From a bacterium (GTDB lineage: Bacteria; Electryoneota; JAOADG01), in contig OY820579.1 in the NCBI GenBank assembly GCA_963681965.1, forward strand, positions 1,799,379 through 1,863,378: a stretch of DNA of 64,000 bases, written 5' to 3'. The first letter of the stretch is position 1; each line of letters starts with the position of its first letter. Below, in pieces: positions 27,673 through 38,369 of this stretch. Below the pieces are notes generated by a model. It had not been told where the DNA came from, searched no databases, and was given only the letters and a program-made list of their open reading frames with translations. The position numbers and the translations under genes were made by a program.

Positions 27673-29186
27673 TCGCGCAAATTCATTCTCGCTATATAAA
27701 TTACCGACCGATATACAACGCATTGAGTATTTGGTTGGTTGTTATCGTTATCGCATTACTCCAATCTGGATATGCAGTAGCCGACCCGACCAATACAACG
27801 TATGATCGCGCGATTTTCGCTGCAGTGAATGGTAATTCGGCAGAAGCGATCACGCTATTCCAATCGCTCGTCGGTTCGAATGATCGAAAACCGTTGGTCT
27901 TAAGCAATTTGGCTATTCTATTAGCTCGAGCGGGTCGCGCATCCGAAGCCGAGTCGGCATTTAGAAAGGCATTGGAGCTGCAAAGTAATCGTCGGATCAA
28001 TACTGCTTTTGCTGAATTTTTACTCACTCAGAATCGCGCTGCTGAGGCGTTGACATTCGCGCAACGGGGAATCAATGATAAACGCGCCGAAGGAAATGTG
28101 ACCCTCGGACGCGTTTATAAAAAAATGGGAAATTCTACTGAGGCACGTGCTGCGTTGCAAGAATCACTAACGCGAAATCCCCGCAATTCAGTTGCAATTG
28201 AAGAGTTACTTCCGATACTTATCGAGACGGGAGATTATGAGACGGCGGCAAGGGTAACGCGAGCGGCAATCGCTGAATTTCCCGAAGGGGCAGCACTTTA
28301 CTGGTACGGTATTGCAATCGAACATCAAGATCATCAACCCGATGCCAAACGTCAATTCGAAAAGTATCTATCGATTTATCCACATGGAAAGTATCGCGAT
28401 CAGTGTATTGAACATTTAAAAACAATCAATCCTACAGTCGATTATACTAGTAGTTCCGAAGCGAGAATACAGACTTATTTAAAACAGCCGGCGAGTCCGA
28501 TGGGTGATCGTGTATTTTCACCCGGGAGAAAATGGGTATACCAGATTAGCTGGAAGTTTTTTACACTTGGATCGATGACTGTAGAATCAGTGCGACGGAC
28601 TGTCCAAAACAATCGACCGGTATGGTTGGTTCGAACGACAATAAAGAGCAATCCATCCATACCGTTGATCAAAATCGACGATGTGTATGAATCTTATGTC
28701 GATGCCGATTTTCGCTATACCAATCGTTACTGGACGGTTTACGCCCAGAGTGGACGCTACGACCAGAAAGTTTATGAATGCGATCTCGAACATGGTTCCT
28801 TCGTGGCAAATTGCGTCGATGACAACGGTTACCTCTATTTTGTCGAAAAGGATTTACCACTTGACGCCTATGACGGTATCTCTGTACTAACTTGGGCTCG
28901 ACGTGTGGTTTCATCGAATCGTGCCGGTAAAGCAATTACTATGATTGACGAAGAATTTAAATATTCGACGGTGTTACCGGGTTTTACCGACGAGAAAATT
29001 TCAGTCGGTGGAACGAAATACGAGACAAAGAAATTCAATGCACAGGTTAATTATATTGGAATTGCCGGTCTGACCGGTAAAGCGACCGGTTGGATTACAT
29101 CGAATGCCGATGCGCTTCCGGTGCGAGCGCTGTTCGAAATCACGATTGGATCGATCGATATTCACCTGCAACGGATTGAAGGGTAA
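27669..29186 (+). CDS. TPR-repeat protein with C-terminal DUF3108-like domain, secreted
   Basis: ATGA overlap with dctM; signal anchor; TPR helices in the N-terminal half; C-terminal half of beta-rich WKFFTLGSMTVES... type. Confidence 0.45.
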   Translation: MIAQIHSRYINYRPIYNALSIWLVVIVIALLQSGYAVADPTNTTYDRAIFAAVNGNSAEAITLFQSLVGSNDRKPLVLSNLAILLARAGRASEAESAFRKALELQSNRRINTAFAEFLLTQNRAAEALTFAQRGINDKRAEGNVTLGRVYKKMGNSTEARAALQESLTRNPRNSVAIEELLPILIETGDYETAARVTRAAIAEFPEGAALYWYGIAIEHQDHQPDAKRQFEKYLSIYPHGKYRDQCIEHLKTINPTVDYTSSSEARIQTYLKQPASPMGDRVFSPGRKWVYQISWKFFTLGSMTVESVRRTVQNNRPVWLVRTTIKSNPSIPLIKIDDVYESYVDADFRYTNRYWTVYAQSGRYDQKVYECDLEHGSFVANCVDDNGYLYFVEKDLPLDAYDGISVLTWARRVVSSNRAGKAITMIDEEFKYSTVLPGFTDEKISVGGTKYETKKFNAQVNYIGIAGLTGKATGWITSNADALPVRALFEITIGSIDIHLQRIEG

Positions 29187-29188
29187 GA

Positions 29189-30139
29189 ATGCCGTTTCCA
29201 ACCAGTATCCAAAAGCTATTTGAAATTGAAATTCCAATTATCCAAGCCGGTATGGTTTGGGTATCCGGATGGCGGTTGGCTGCAGCGGTATCGAATGCTG
29301 GTGGACTTGGACTAATCGGTGCCGGTTCGATGAAACCGGAATTGCTTCAAGAACATATCTCCAAACTGCGAATTAATTGCGATAAACCATTTGGAATCAA
29401 TATCCCGCTTTTACGTCAAGACGCAGAATCATTGATTGAAACAGCATTGAATGCCGGTGTGAAAATCTTTTTAACATCTGCCGGAAATCCGAAAACATAC
29501 ACTGAACGATTGAAAAGTGCTGGATGTATTGTTGTACACGTCGTTCCATCGGTTAAATTTGCACAAAAAGCCGAAGCGGCTGGGGTCGATGCCATTGTTG
29601 CCGAAGGATTCGAAGCGGGTGGACATAACGGTGCCGACGAGATCGCTACGCTCCCTCTAATTCCGCAAGTTGTCGATGGAGTAAAGATTCCGGTAATTGC
29701 GGCTGGTGGAATCGCCGACGGTCGCGGAATCGCTGCAGCATTCTGTCTCGGTGCCGCTGGCGTACAGATTGGTACCCGGTATGCCGCTACTGTCCAAGCA
29801 TCCTGTCATCCCGACTACAAGCAATCAATACTTACCGCTGATGATACCTCCACTATCCTGACTCTCAGGAAAATCGGAAATGCTCGTATGATCCGAAATC
29901 AATGGGCAATTCGCGCACTGGAAGCCGAGCGTGCTGGCGCGACACCGGAACAATTACGCGAATTACTCGGTCAAAAACGCGAACGATTGGGTATCTTTGA
30001 AGGTGATCTAACCGAAGGACAATTGGAAGCTGGGCAAGCTGCTGGATTGATTCACGATCTCCCCGATGCGGGGCAATTGACTCACCAACTCTGGAACGAT
30101 ACACGAAAAGTGTTATCGGAACTCCAATCCTGCATCTAA
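29189..30139 (+). CDS. nitronate monooxygenase / enoyl-ACP reductase II (FabK)-family FMN oxidoreductase
   Basis: IIQAGMVWVSG...GGLGLIGAG...AEGFEAGGH motifs. Confidence 0.75.
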   Translation: MPFPTSIQKLFEIEIPIIQAGMVWVSGWRLAAAVSNAGGLGLIGAGSMKPELLQEHISKLRINCDKPFGINIPLLRQDAESLIETALNAGVKIFLTSAGNPKTYTERLKSAGCIVVHVVPSVKFAQKAEAAGVDAIVAEGFEAGGHNGADEIATLPLIPQVVDGVKIPVIAAGGIADGRGIAAAFCLGAAGVQIGTRYAATVQASCHPDYKQSILTADDTSTILTLRKIGNARMIRNQWAIRALEAERAGATPEQLRELLGQKRERLGIFEGDLTEGQLEAGQAAGLIHDLPDAGQLTHQLWNDTRKVLSELQSCI

Positions 30140-30238
30140 CGCGTGTGATATCAACAACCGTTGTGCAGGTCAATCACATGAGTTGTTTCCGGAAGTCATG
30201 TCTTACTATCTTGTTAATTACCTGAAAAAGGATAGCAA

Positions 30239-31267
30239 ATGAAACTTTTGGTGACCGGGGGTGCCGGTTTCATTGGATCGAATTTTCTGCACTTACTTTT
30301 TGCCGAGCGGAGCGATTGGCAAGTAATTAACGTCGACTTGTTGACCTATGCGGGAAATCTGGAAAACCTGACTGCAATCGAGCAATGGGAAAATTATCGA
30401 TTTGTCAAGGCAGATATCTGCGATCGCGACACGTTAACTTTCTTATTCGAAGCTGAAAAGTTCGATGCAATTGTCAATTTTGCTGCGGAATCACACGTCG
30501 ACCGCTCGATCCTCGAACCGGACATTTTCGTTCGCACGAATGTGACGGGAACGCATACACTGCTGGAATTGGCGAAAAAATGGAAAGTCGCCCGGTTCCT
30601 ACAAGTTTCAACCGATGAAGTATATGGTTCACTTGGTGATGAAGGGCTTTTTTCCGAGACGACACCGCTCGCACCCAACAGTCCTTACAGCGCTGCCAAA
30701 ACGAGTGCCGACCTGTTCGTTCGGGCTTATCATCACACATTTGGGATGGATACGATTACGACTCGGTGTAGTAACAATTACGGTCCTTATCAATTTCCCG
30801 AGAAATTGATCCCATTGATGATCCAGAATGCCCTTGAGGACAAACCGTTGCCGGTCTACGGTACGGGGATGAATATTCGCGATTGGTTGCAAGTGGAAGA
30901 TCATTGCCGAGCAATTTTGGTCGCACTGGAACACGGAAAATCCGGTGAAGTGTACAATATTGGCGGCAACAACGAACAACCCAATATCGAAATTGTAAAA
31001 CGAATTTTATCAATTCTTGGTAAACCGGAATCGTTAATCCGGTACGTTCCCGATCGTCCCGGACACGATCTGCGTTATGGGATCGATGCCACAAAAATTC
31101 GAACTGAATTAGGTTGGGAACCGCGTCATTCGTTTTCAACCGGACTGAAAGCTACGATCGACTGGTATTTATCGAACCGGACTTGGGTACAGAATGTGTT
31201 GACCGGAAATTATCGAGCATATTACGATCGGCAATATACCGACCGTCTGGCAGCAGGAAAACCGTGA
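30239..31267 (+). CDS. rfbB: dTDP-glucose 4,6-dehydratase
   Basis: KLLVTGGAGFIGSNF; YSASK catalytic motif; 342 aa. Confidence 0.9.
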   Translation: MKLLVTGGAGFIGSNFLHLLFAERSDWQVINVDLLTYAGNLENLTAIEQWENYRFVKADICDRDTLTFLFEAEKFDAIVNFAAESHVDRSILEPDIFVRTNVTGTHTLLELAKKWKVARFLQVSTDEVYGSLGDEGLFSETTPLAPNSPYSAAKTSADLFVRAYHHTFGMDTITTRCSNNYGPYQFPEKLIPLMIQNALEDKPLPVYGTGMNIRDWLQVEDHCRAILVALEHGKSGEVYNIGGNNEQPNIEIVKRILSILGKPESLIRYVPDRPGHDLRYGIDATKIRTELGWEPRHSFSTGLKATIDWYLSNRTWVQNVLTGNYRAYYDRQYTDRLAAGKP

Positions 31268-32100
31268 ACCTTTATTCAAAACCACTGCGAATCTTTATCG
31301 ACTTGCTCGCATTGATGCTGGCATATGGTGGTGCTTATTTATTCCACTATGAATCAGGCATCTTTAGTGTCAATCATCGTGGTGAATTTATTTCGGCGGC
31401 GCTTTTTCTGTCGACTTCCTGGGTCATCGTTTTTGCGGTATTCGGGCATTATGCCGGTACCTTTGCTTTAGGCTGGATCGCCCATGCAAAGCGAGTCGCG
31501 TTGGCTGTGTCGATTGGTGGTCTTACACTCTTCTGGTTGACTTTTGAAGCGGAAAATCCGCTACCTCCGGGTCGATTTGTATTAGTGGTTTATGGTATCG
31601 GTATCATCTTACTCGTCGCATCGGGTAGAGCTGTGATGTATTATTTTCAACAAGCGCGGTGGAAAAGTGGCAAGGGGTTAGCGCGGACTGCCATTGTAGG
31701 TCACGGTCGGTGGGCGGATATCTTGGCGGAAGAATTTTCTAGTCGACCGGAAAGTGGTCATTCATACGTTGGGATGATTCGGTTACCCGGAGATACCGGC
31801 AAACTACCTTCTCCGGTTCTGGGCGATATGAACGAACTGGAAACGATACTACCGAAAAATCGCATTGAATGTGTCGTATTGGCTTGGGAACACGGGCACA
31901 CGGAAGAAGTACTTCAAGGAATTATGGCATGCAATCATGCCCAAGTTCAAGTACAAGTCTGTCCCGATTTACGCGACGAAGCTGCCTCGTGGGCACGTCT
32001 CCAAACCCGCGATGATTTACCATTATTTGTTGTAAAATCCGATTTTCACCCCAATTGGGAGCGACTGCTGAAACGAGCAGTTGGAGGAACAAATGCTTGA
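31264..32100 (+). CDS. polyprenyl-glycosylphosphotransferase-like N-terminal fragment (4 TM helices + CoA-binding-like domain, catalytic domain absent)
   Basis: GTG start overlapping the rfbB stop; 4 TM helices then TAIVGHGRWADILAEEF (Rossmann-like WbaP domain); ends at 32100 with no Bac_transf domain; the 3' end is overlapped by serS. Confidence 0.4.
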   Translation: MNLYSKPLRIFIDLLALMLAYGGAYLFHYESGIFSVNHRGEFISAALFLSTSWVIVFAVFGHYAGTFALGWIAHAKRVALAVSIGGLTLFWLTFEAENPLPPGRFVLVVYGIGIILLVASGRAVMYYFQQARWKSGKGLARTAIVGHGRWADILAEEFSSRPESGHSYVGMIRLPGDTGKLPSPVLGDMNELETILPKNRIECVVLAWEHGHTEEVLQGIMACNHAQVQVQVCPDLRDEAASWARLQTRDDLPLFVVKSDFHPNWERLLKRAVGGTNA

Positions 32101-33373
32101 TATACGCCGAATGCGGGAAGATATCGAAGGCGTCTTGACCGCGATGGCAAATCGAAATCTTCATAACCTACCGATTCGTGAATTGGTTGAAAAAGATGAT
32201 CGACGACGTGAAATGCTCAGTCGGATCGAAGATCTGCGTGCACAACTAAATAAAGAATCCAAAGAAATTGGTAAAAAAGTCAAAGAGGGTGGCGATCCCG
32301 CGGCACTGAAGGCAGCGTTAAAAATTGTTTCCGACGAAATCTCCGAACTTGAAAAGTCGATGCGTGAATTGGAGGAGATCATCGAAGCTGATATGCTTCG
32401 CATTCCCAACTTACCCTATAAAACAACGCCGATCGGAAAATCAGCCGAAGAAAATGTCGTGGTTAAATCTGCCACGCCAGAGAAGTTACCGTTTGCACCG
32501 AAAAGTCATTTAGAACTGGCACAGCGCTTAAACCTGTTCGATTTCGAACGCGCATCCAAGCTTTCCGGTAGTGGTTTTCCACTCTATTTAGGTATTGGTG
32601 CTCGCTTGGAACGTTCACTCTGGAATTTGTTTCTCGATACTCACACTAAAAACGGTTATCGCGAAGTAATTCCCCCATTGATGGTGAACCGTGAAACTGC
32701 GCGTGGTACCGGTCAATGGCCGAATTTAGCCGACGACATGTACAAGGTTGAAGGGGAAGAACTATATTTAATCCCTACGTCGGAAGTACCTATTGCGAAT
32801 ATCTTCCGGGGCGAAATTCTCGACGGTTCTAAAATGCCGTATCGATTTGCTGGATATTCACCTTGTTTCCGTCGCGAGGCTGGTTCCTACGGAAAGGATA
32901 CCCGCGGTTTTCTGCGCGTTCATCAATTCAACAAAGTCGAGATGATCTGGTTGACCTTGCCAGAGCGGTCGTATGATGATTTGGAAGTGATGACTGGTCA
33001 TGCTGAATCTATCTTGGAAATGCTCGAGATACCCTATCGTCGATTGGCGCTCTGTTCCGGGGATATCGGTTTCTCCTCGGCAAAAACGTATGACTTGGAA
33101 GTTTGGTCGCCATTCGAACAGCGCTGGCTGGAAGCATCGAGTTGTTCCAATTGTGAAGATTTCCAAGCCCGACGCATGGCATTGCGATTCCGTCGCGAAC
33201 AGGGAGCAAAACCGGAATTAGTGCATATTCTCAATGGCAGTGGCTTGGCAACTTCTCGCGTCATGGTGGCATTACTGGAAAATCACCAAACCGAAGAAGG
33301 ATCGATCGCGATTCCCCCGGTTTTGAGACCGTATCTCTGTGGAAAAACACATATTACCATTGATGACGTATAA
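32093..33373 (+). CDS. serS: seryl-tRNA synthetase
   Basis: GGAGGA RBS; MLDIRRMRED N-terminal coiled coil; class II aaRS motifs in the C-terminal half. Confidence 0.9.
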   Translation: MLDIRRMREDIEGVLTAMANRNLHNLPIRELVEKDDRRREMLSRIEDLRAQLNKESKEIGKKVKEGGDPAALKAALKIVSDEISELEKSMRELEEIIEADMLRIPNLPYKTTPIGKSAEENVVVKSATPEKLPFAPKSHLELAQRLNLFDFERASKLSGSGFPLYLGIGARLERSLWNLFLDTHTKNGYREVIPPLMVNRETARGTGQWPNLADDMYKVEGEELYLIPTSEVPIANIFRGEILDGSKMPYRFAGYSPCFRREAGSYGKDTRGFLRVHQFNKVEMIWLTLPERSYDDLEVMTGHAESILEMLEIPYRRLALCSGDIGFSSAKTYDLEVWSPFEQRWLEASSCSNCEDFQARRMALRFRREQGAKPELVHILNGSGLATSRVMVALLENHQTEEGSIAIPPVLRPYLCGKTHITIDDV

Positions 33374-33521
33374 TTATCGAAGGTATCAAATTTTACCTTT
33401 CGACGCGTCGACCAAATTATTCCGATACGAGATTGATCATTCAGGGTCGTATCACTGAGAAATACTAATAAAGGATGTTCTGCCGATTAACAGATTTTCA
33501 TTAATTCGGCAACATGAAGAG

Positions 33522-34193
33522 ATGAACTGGGAACACCGAAATCATTTTCAACGCAATTTGCGGATGATCCTCGAAACTGCACACCGGCTTGATGCCAAGG
33601 GATTTGTCGCAGCAAACGATGGCAATATCTCCGCACGAATCGATTCCGAAACGTTTATTTGCACGCGTTCGGGTTCGGTAATGGGTCGGCTTGAACCCAC
33701 CGACATTCTCGCATCGGATCTTGCTGGCAAGCGCATTGATAGTCCCTTTCACCCGTTGTTACCGCAAGAGTATCGAGTAACTTCCGAGTGGAAATCGCAT
33801 TCCGCGATTTATGAAGTTCGATCCGATGTACAAGCAATCGTCCATGCCCATCCACCGTTTGCCACAGCATGGGCAACTGCTCGCCAACAATTGCCGGAAT
33901 GCGTTTTACCGGAAGTAACGGTCTTACTTCGCGAAGTGCCGTTAATTCCGTTCGCTGTGCCGGGATCGATCGAATTGGCTACTTTTGTGAGTGGAACTGC
34001 GCGTGTATCAGATGTCATGATGCTTTCCAACCACGGAGTCATTGCTATCGGTTCAAGTATTTTCGAGGCGCTGGATCGCCTCGAACGGGTCGAACATGCC
34101 GCGAAAATCATGTTACTTTCACGGATCTTGAATGGTCCGGTACAACTGATGCCTTCGGAAGTAGCTGCTTTATCGGCGCTATTTTCTTCGTAG
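33522..34193 (+). CDS. class II aldolase/adducin family protein (fuculose-phosphate aldolase-like)
   Basis: HAHPPFATAWA metal-binding motif. Confidence 0.7.
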   Translation: MNWEHRNHFQRNLRMILETAHRLDAKGFVAANDGNISARIDSETFICTRSGSVMGRLEPTDILASDLAGKRIDSPFHPLLPQEYRVTSEWKSHSAIYEVRSDVQAIVHAHPPFATAWATARQQLPECVLPEVTVLLREVPLIPFAVPGSIELATFVSGTARVSDVMMLSNHGVIAIGSSIFEALDRLERVEHAAKIMLLSRILNGPVQLMPSEVAALSALFSS

Positions 34194-34221
34194 AGTAAGC
34201 AAACCACCATTCACGACAACC

Positions 34222-35163
34222 ATGCCCAATAACTTACCTCCCAGCACTACTGAAACAGCACTCAAGCGGCGCTGGAGACGTGCTACCGGAGGACATTGGC
34301 TTGCCCGGATAATTTCTATCTTATTGGCATCGGTTGTTTGGCTGGCGGTATTATCCGAAGAAAATATTGAACGAACCTTATCTATTCCCATTGTTCCGTA
34401 TGCCGATCGCGACAATTTAATGTGGATCGGTGATCCCCCTGGCGATGCGGTTGTTCGAGTGCAGGGAAAAGCCCGCTCGATCTGGTGGTTGATTTATATT
34501 ACGCCCCCCGAAATTCGAATTCCACTGAGTTCCTTACCATCGGAAGGAGAAGTAAGACTCCGACTCGATATGGTCGAGTTGTCGCAACGCGCCGACGTGA
34601 AGATCGTTGCGATATTGAAACCGGATATTTTGCCAGTACGGGTCGAACGATTTACCAATCGAATTATCCCCATAAAACCGCAAATTACGATTGTGCCGGA
34701 AGATGGATTTATTGTCGCGGGTCAACCAACACCTTTCCCCGCTGGGGTTGAAGTTTCAGGAAACCGAACCAAATTGTTCGAAATCGATTCGGTTGTGACC
34801 GAGCCGTTGACGATTAAAAACTCTGCATCACCCGGAACCGTGCGAATGAAATTGGCAAAGATTCCCGGTGTAAAACTAGGATTGTCCACTGTAGAAGTGC
34901 GGTATACAGTCGAGCGACTCGTCGAAGAACGAATCGAAAATATCCCGGTGACTGTTCCCAATGGTTGGATCGTAGAACCCCCTTGGGTTACGTTGAAAGT
35001 GAGTGGTCCCGGTTCATTGTTACTCGAATTGCGAAAACATGTACCAAAAGCGCGCTTATCGCAACCGATTACAGCGACCGATGCCGTTCCGGTAATTGAG
35101 TTACCGGCAATGGTAAAAATGGTTAGTATCATTCCGCAAACGGTGAAAGTCCGCCGGAAATGA
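34222..35163 (+). CDS. YbbR-like (CdaR-type) repeat domain membrane-anchored protein
   Basis: N-terminal TM helix then ~90-aa beta-rich repeats. Confidence 0.45.
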   Translation: MPNNLPPSTTETALKRRWRRATGGHWLARIISILLASVVWLAVLSEENIERTLSIPIVPYADRDNLMWIGDPPGDAVVRVQGKARSIWWLIYITPPEIRIPLSSLPSEGEVRLRLDMVELSQRADVKIVAILKPDILPVRVERFTNRIIPIKPQITIVPEDGFIVAGQPTPFPAGVEVSGNRTKLFEIDSVVTEPLTIKNSASPGTVRMKLAKIPGVKLGLSTVEVRYTVERLVEERIENIPVTVPNGWIVEPPWVTLKVSGPGSLLLELRKHVPKARLSQPITATDAVPVIELPAMVKMVSIIPQTVKVRRK

Positions 35164-36170
35164 TTGTACTCGGCATCGAAACCTCCTGTGATGAGACGGC
35201 TGTAGCGCTTGTCAACGAAAACTATCAGATATTGGCACAACGTCTCACCCGACAATTAGAGCATGAACGGTGGGGAGGAGTGGTTCCGGAAACGGCATCG
35301 CGTGCTCATCTTGAATTACTGGATCAAGCAGTCTGCGATGTGTTAAATGAGACGGGGCTAACTGCACCGGAGCTCTCTGCTGTTGCCGCAACGATCGGTC
35401 CCGGGCTTGCTGGCGCGCTCTGGGTTGGTGCCGCCTATGCCGACGGTTTTTCGCTTGCGTCCGGGATTCCACGAATTGGTGTACATCATTTGGAAGCACA
35501 CTTATGGGCGGTTCTGCTGCAACCCGATCCGATTCAGACACCATTTTTATCACTGTTGGTTTCCGGTGGACACACACTCTTGATCGAAGTACGTGGCTTT
35601 CGTGATTATCAAATCTTGGGGACAACCCGGGATGATGCCGTCGGTGAAGCATTCGATAAAGCTGCAAGACTGTTGAATTTAGGATTCCCCGGTGGTCCTG
35701 CCATATCTGCTGCGGCTGCGACGGTTTCAGAGGATACGGCATTACCCCCACTTCCTATCGCATCTCTATCTCCCAGTTTCGATTTTAGCTATAGTGGATT
35801 GAAGTCGGCACTTCGCCGGGGATTGGATCTTCATCCTGAAGTTCCGGCTGCTCTTTGGGCGAAATCATTCGAACGAGTCGCAGTCGAAGCGCTCGTTCGT
35901 CCAGTTGTACGAGCGTGGGAAACCCGTAAGTCGATGCCGTTGGTGATCGGTGGTGGTGTCGCAGCCAATCGATTACTTCGACATCGACTACAGCAGGAAG
36001 CTGATCGAATTGGATCGCGATTTTACGCTGCACCTCCCGAATATTGCACCGATAATGGTGTTATGATCGCCGTAGCTGGAATCGAGATCCTCCGCAATCG
36101 ACTCGTTGACGATCAAGTGTGGACGATTCATCCGCGTTGGTCGATTACATCGTTAGCAGGGCAATCATGA
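35160..36170 (+). CDS. tsaD: tRNA N6-adenosine threonylcarbamoyltransferase
   Basis: MIVLGIETSCDETAVALV N-terminus and HHLEAHL motif; ATGA coupling to the upstream gene. Confidence 0.9.
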   Translation: MIVLGIETSCDETAVALVNENYQILAQRLTRQLEHERWGGVVPETASRAHLELLDQAVCDVLNETGLTAPELSAVAATIGPGLAGALWVGAAYADGFSLASGIPRIGVHHLEAHLWAVLLQPDPIQTPFLSLLVSGGHTLLIEVRGFRDYQILGTTRDDAVGEAFDKAARLLNLGFPGGPAISAAAATVSEDTALPPLPIASLSPSFDFSYSGLKSALRRGLDLHPEVPAALWAKSFERVAVEALVRPVVRAWETRKSMPLVIGGGVAANRLLRHRLQQEADRIGSRFYAAPPEYCTDNGVMIAVAGIEILRNRLVDDQVWTIHPRWSITSLAGQS

Positions 36171-38182
36171 CTGTAGCAACTTCTTCGGCATTTTCACCAC
36201 TCTGGTGGATACCAATATTGCTGATTGCAGTTGCGATCGGTGGTTGGTGGGGATACCGTAAAACAACACCGGATCTGACACGCAAACAACGTATTGGATT
36301 AGGTATGTTAAGAGGTGTTGCGTTAGCGCTTCTAGTATTGGTCTTTGCCGGATTCGAAGCGACACTGGTACGTTTCCATCAGCGACCCTATCGACTATCG
36401 GTTCTTATCGATGGTTCCGAATCGATGATCCTGTCTGATCGAAATGGATCGAGGCGAGAAGCAGTCCGAACAATTTTAGAGAAGATTCCGTCAGGTCGTA
36501 TCGATCGAGCAGTATTAGTAGCTGATTCGATTGTGTATGGTTCGAATCCAGCTGCACTTTGGCAATCGAGTTGGATTCCCGCGAACTACTCCTCTGCCAC
36601 CCGCATGATGAAGGCGACAGCCTCCGATCCGCCAACGGACGGTGTCCTTTGGGTGACCGACGGCGCAGTTGAAGAAGCCGATCGCATTCCTTACCCGCAG
36701 AAGAGTGTCTGGGCGATTGCAGTCGGTGATACACTCCCGCCACCCAATGCATATCTTGGTGATCCCGATATTCCACTTCGAGTGATTGCTGGTAAATCGG
36801 TTTCGATTACCGTTCCGATTGGGGCGGAAGGACTGGCAGGTCGGTCCGGATCGCTAGAGCTAAAGATGAGTGGCGGAACTACTACGGTACGCAATCTGAC
36901 ACTTCCCGTAGATGGCGCTCGCGATACAGTCACTCTATCTATAAAGGCGTCTGCTCCCGGTTGGCGAACCTTGATGATAACGCTTACCGTTCCCGGCGAT
37001 TCCCTATTGACTGACAATCAATTGATCGTCCCGATTTATGTTCGAGTAGCACAACTTCCTGTGACAATAGTCTATGGAAATCTTCATCCGGATATTGCCG
37101 CTATCAGACGGGCGCTGGAAGCTGATTCTGGCTTCTTGGTCACTGCAATTCCCGAAGTACAGGCGAATCAACCTCCGAGTAGTGGTATCCTATTTTTAAT
37201 GCATTCTCCCCGGGAAGGGATGCCGTCGGGAAATGTTGTCGCGAAATGGGCAGCAAATTTCGATCGTGGAATGCTTTGGCTACCCGGTTCCGCCGGTTGG
37301 TCACCAAATCTCGCCAAGCAATTTGCCAATAGCGATCTTCGGTATCGAGGTGCTGGCGAAGTTAAATCGGTTGTGCCGATACCAACCAGAGAACGATTGC
37401 TTTCGGGTTCGAGTATCGAACCGGATTGGGGGCGATTACCTCCCGTTGCCGGAAAACGCAATGCATTTTCAGCAGCATCAAATGTTGCTGCTACAATCGA
37501 GGGAACCGATCCAGCAGTTATTCTTCAATCGGGTAATGTCAATCGCGCCGCAGTATTCGTCTGGGATCTTTGGCGATGGCAACAAGCACCGATTGAATCC
37601 GGACGCCCTTCTGCAGTGGATCGGTTCTGGCGATCGTTAGCGGAATGGTTGGCAGCCGATCGATCGAAAACGTTCCGATCAGTTCCGGATCGTCACTATT
37701 CGGTAGGCGTACCCGGATCGCTGGAAGCGATTTGGTTTGCACCAACTGGCGAACCAATCACTGGTGCTGTGGTTGCGATGGAAACAGGCAAAGAGAAAAT
37801 CCTTTTGGAAGAACGCGATCCCGGGCGATATGCCGCGAAATGGCAACCGAAGCAGGCTGGTGAACAGTCACTTCTATTCCGAGGAACGACTACCGATAAT
37901 CAAATAGCCGTAGATACGCTTCATATCGCAGTCGATCGCTTCTCTTACGAACATCAGAATGCCATCGCCTTTCCAAAACGGCTGGCAGAATCTTCACAAA
38001 CCGGTGGGGGGCTCGTTCCTCCTGATCGAATCCCAAATCTCCTCGATAGTCTCCACCAAGTATCGGTTCAAGATCGACAAGAATTTCCAATTAAGCTCTG
38101 GCATTCAATTTACTCGTTGATCTTATTGCTGTTATTGCTTTCAGTTGAATGGTTTTGGCGATCGCGAATCGGGTTACTCTGA
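36167..38182 (+). CDS. N-terminal double-TM, vWA-like (BatA-type) domain membrane protein
   Basis: ATGA overlap with tsaD; two TM helices separated by an R/K-rich loop; MIDAS-like LVLIDGSESM. Confidence 0.5.
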   Translation: MTVATSSAFSPLWWIPILLIAVAIGGWWGYRKTTPDLTRKQRIGLGMLRGVALALLVLVFAGFEATLVRFHQRPYRLSVLIDGSESMILSDRNGSRREAVRTILEKIPSGRIDRAVLVADSIVYGSNPAALWQSSWIPANYSSATRMMKATASDPPTDGVLWVTDGAVEEADRIPYPQKSVWAIAVGDTLPPPNAYLGDPDIPLRVIAGKSVSITVPIGAEGLAGRSGSLELKMSGGTTTVRNLTLPVDGARDTVTLSIKASAPGWRTLMITLTVPGDSLLTDNQLIVPIYVRVAQLPVTIVYGNLHPDIAAIRRALEADSGFLVTAIPEVQANQPPSSGILFLMHSPREGMPSGNVVAKWAANFDRGMLWLPGSAGWSPNLAKQFANSDLRYRGAGEVKSVVPIPTRERLLSGSSIEPDWGRLPPVAGKRNAFSAASNVAATIEGTDPAVILQSGNVNRAAVFVWDLWRWQQAPIESGRPSAVDRFWRSLAEWLAADRSKTFRSVPDRHYSVGVPGSLEAIWFAPTGEPITGAVVAMETGKEKILLEERDPGRYAAKWQPKQAGEQSLLFRGTTTDNQIAVDTLHIAVDRFSYEHQNAIAFPKRLAESSQTGGGLVPPDRIPNLLDSLHQVSVQDRQEFPIKLWHSIYSLILLLLLLSVEWFWRSRIGLL

Positions 38183-38369
38183 TCGAGTTCGAAAAAAAAA
38201 TGTATAATTTTTAGCAAGAATCCTTGAAATTTACCGAAGAAACCCATATCATTACTCTGATATTCGAATCCAGATCATTCCTGTTTCCATCATCATCGCA
38301 GTATTACCAAATTGTTCCTCTTTTCGACAAATTGCAGTTCTTGTCGTGTAACTATGCGAGGCAAATTCG

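Noticed and set aside
31114-31263. ORF 31114..32100 would begin inside rfbB.
   Set aside because: This overlaps the rfbB C-terminal coding region in another frame. A GTG at 31264 overlapping the rfbB stop is the more parsimonious start.
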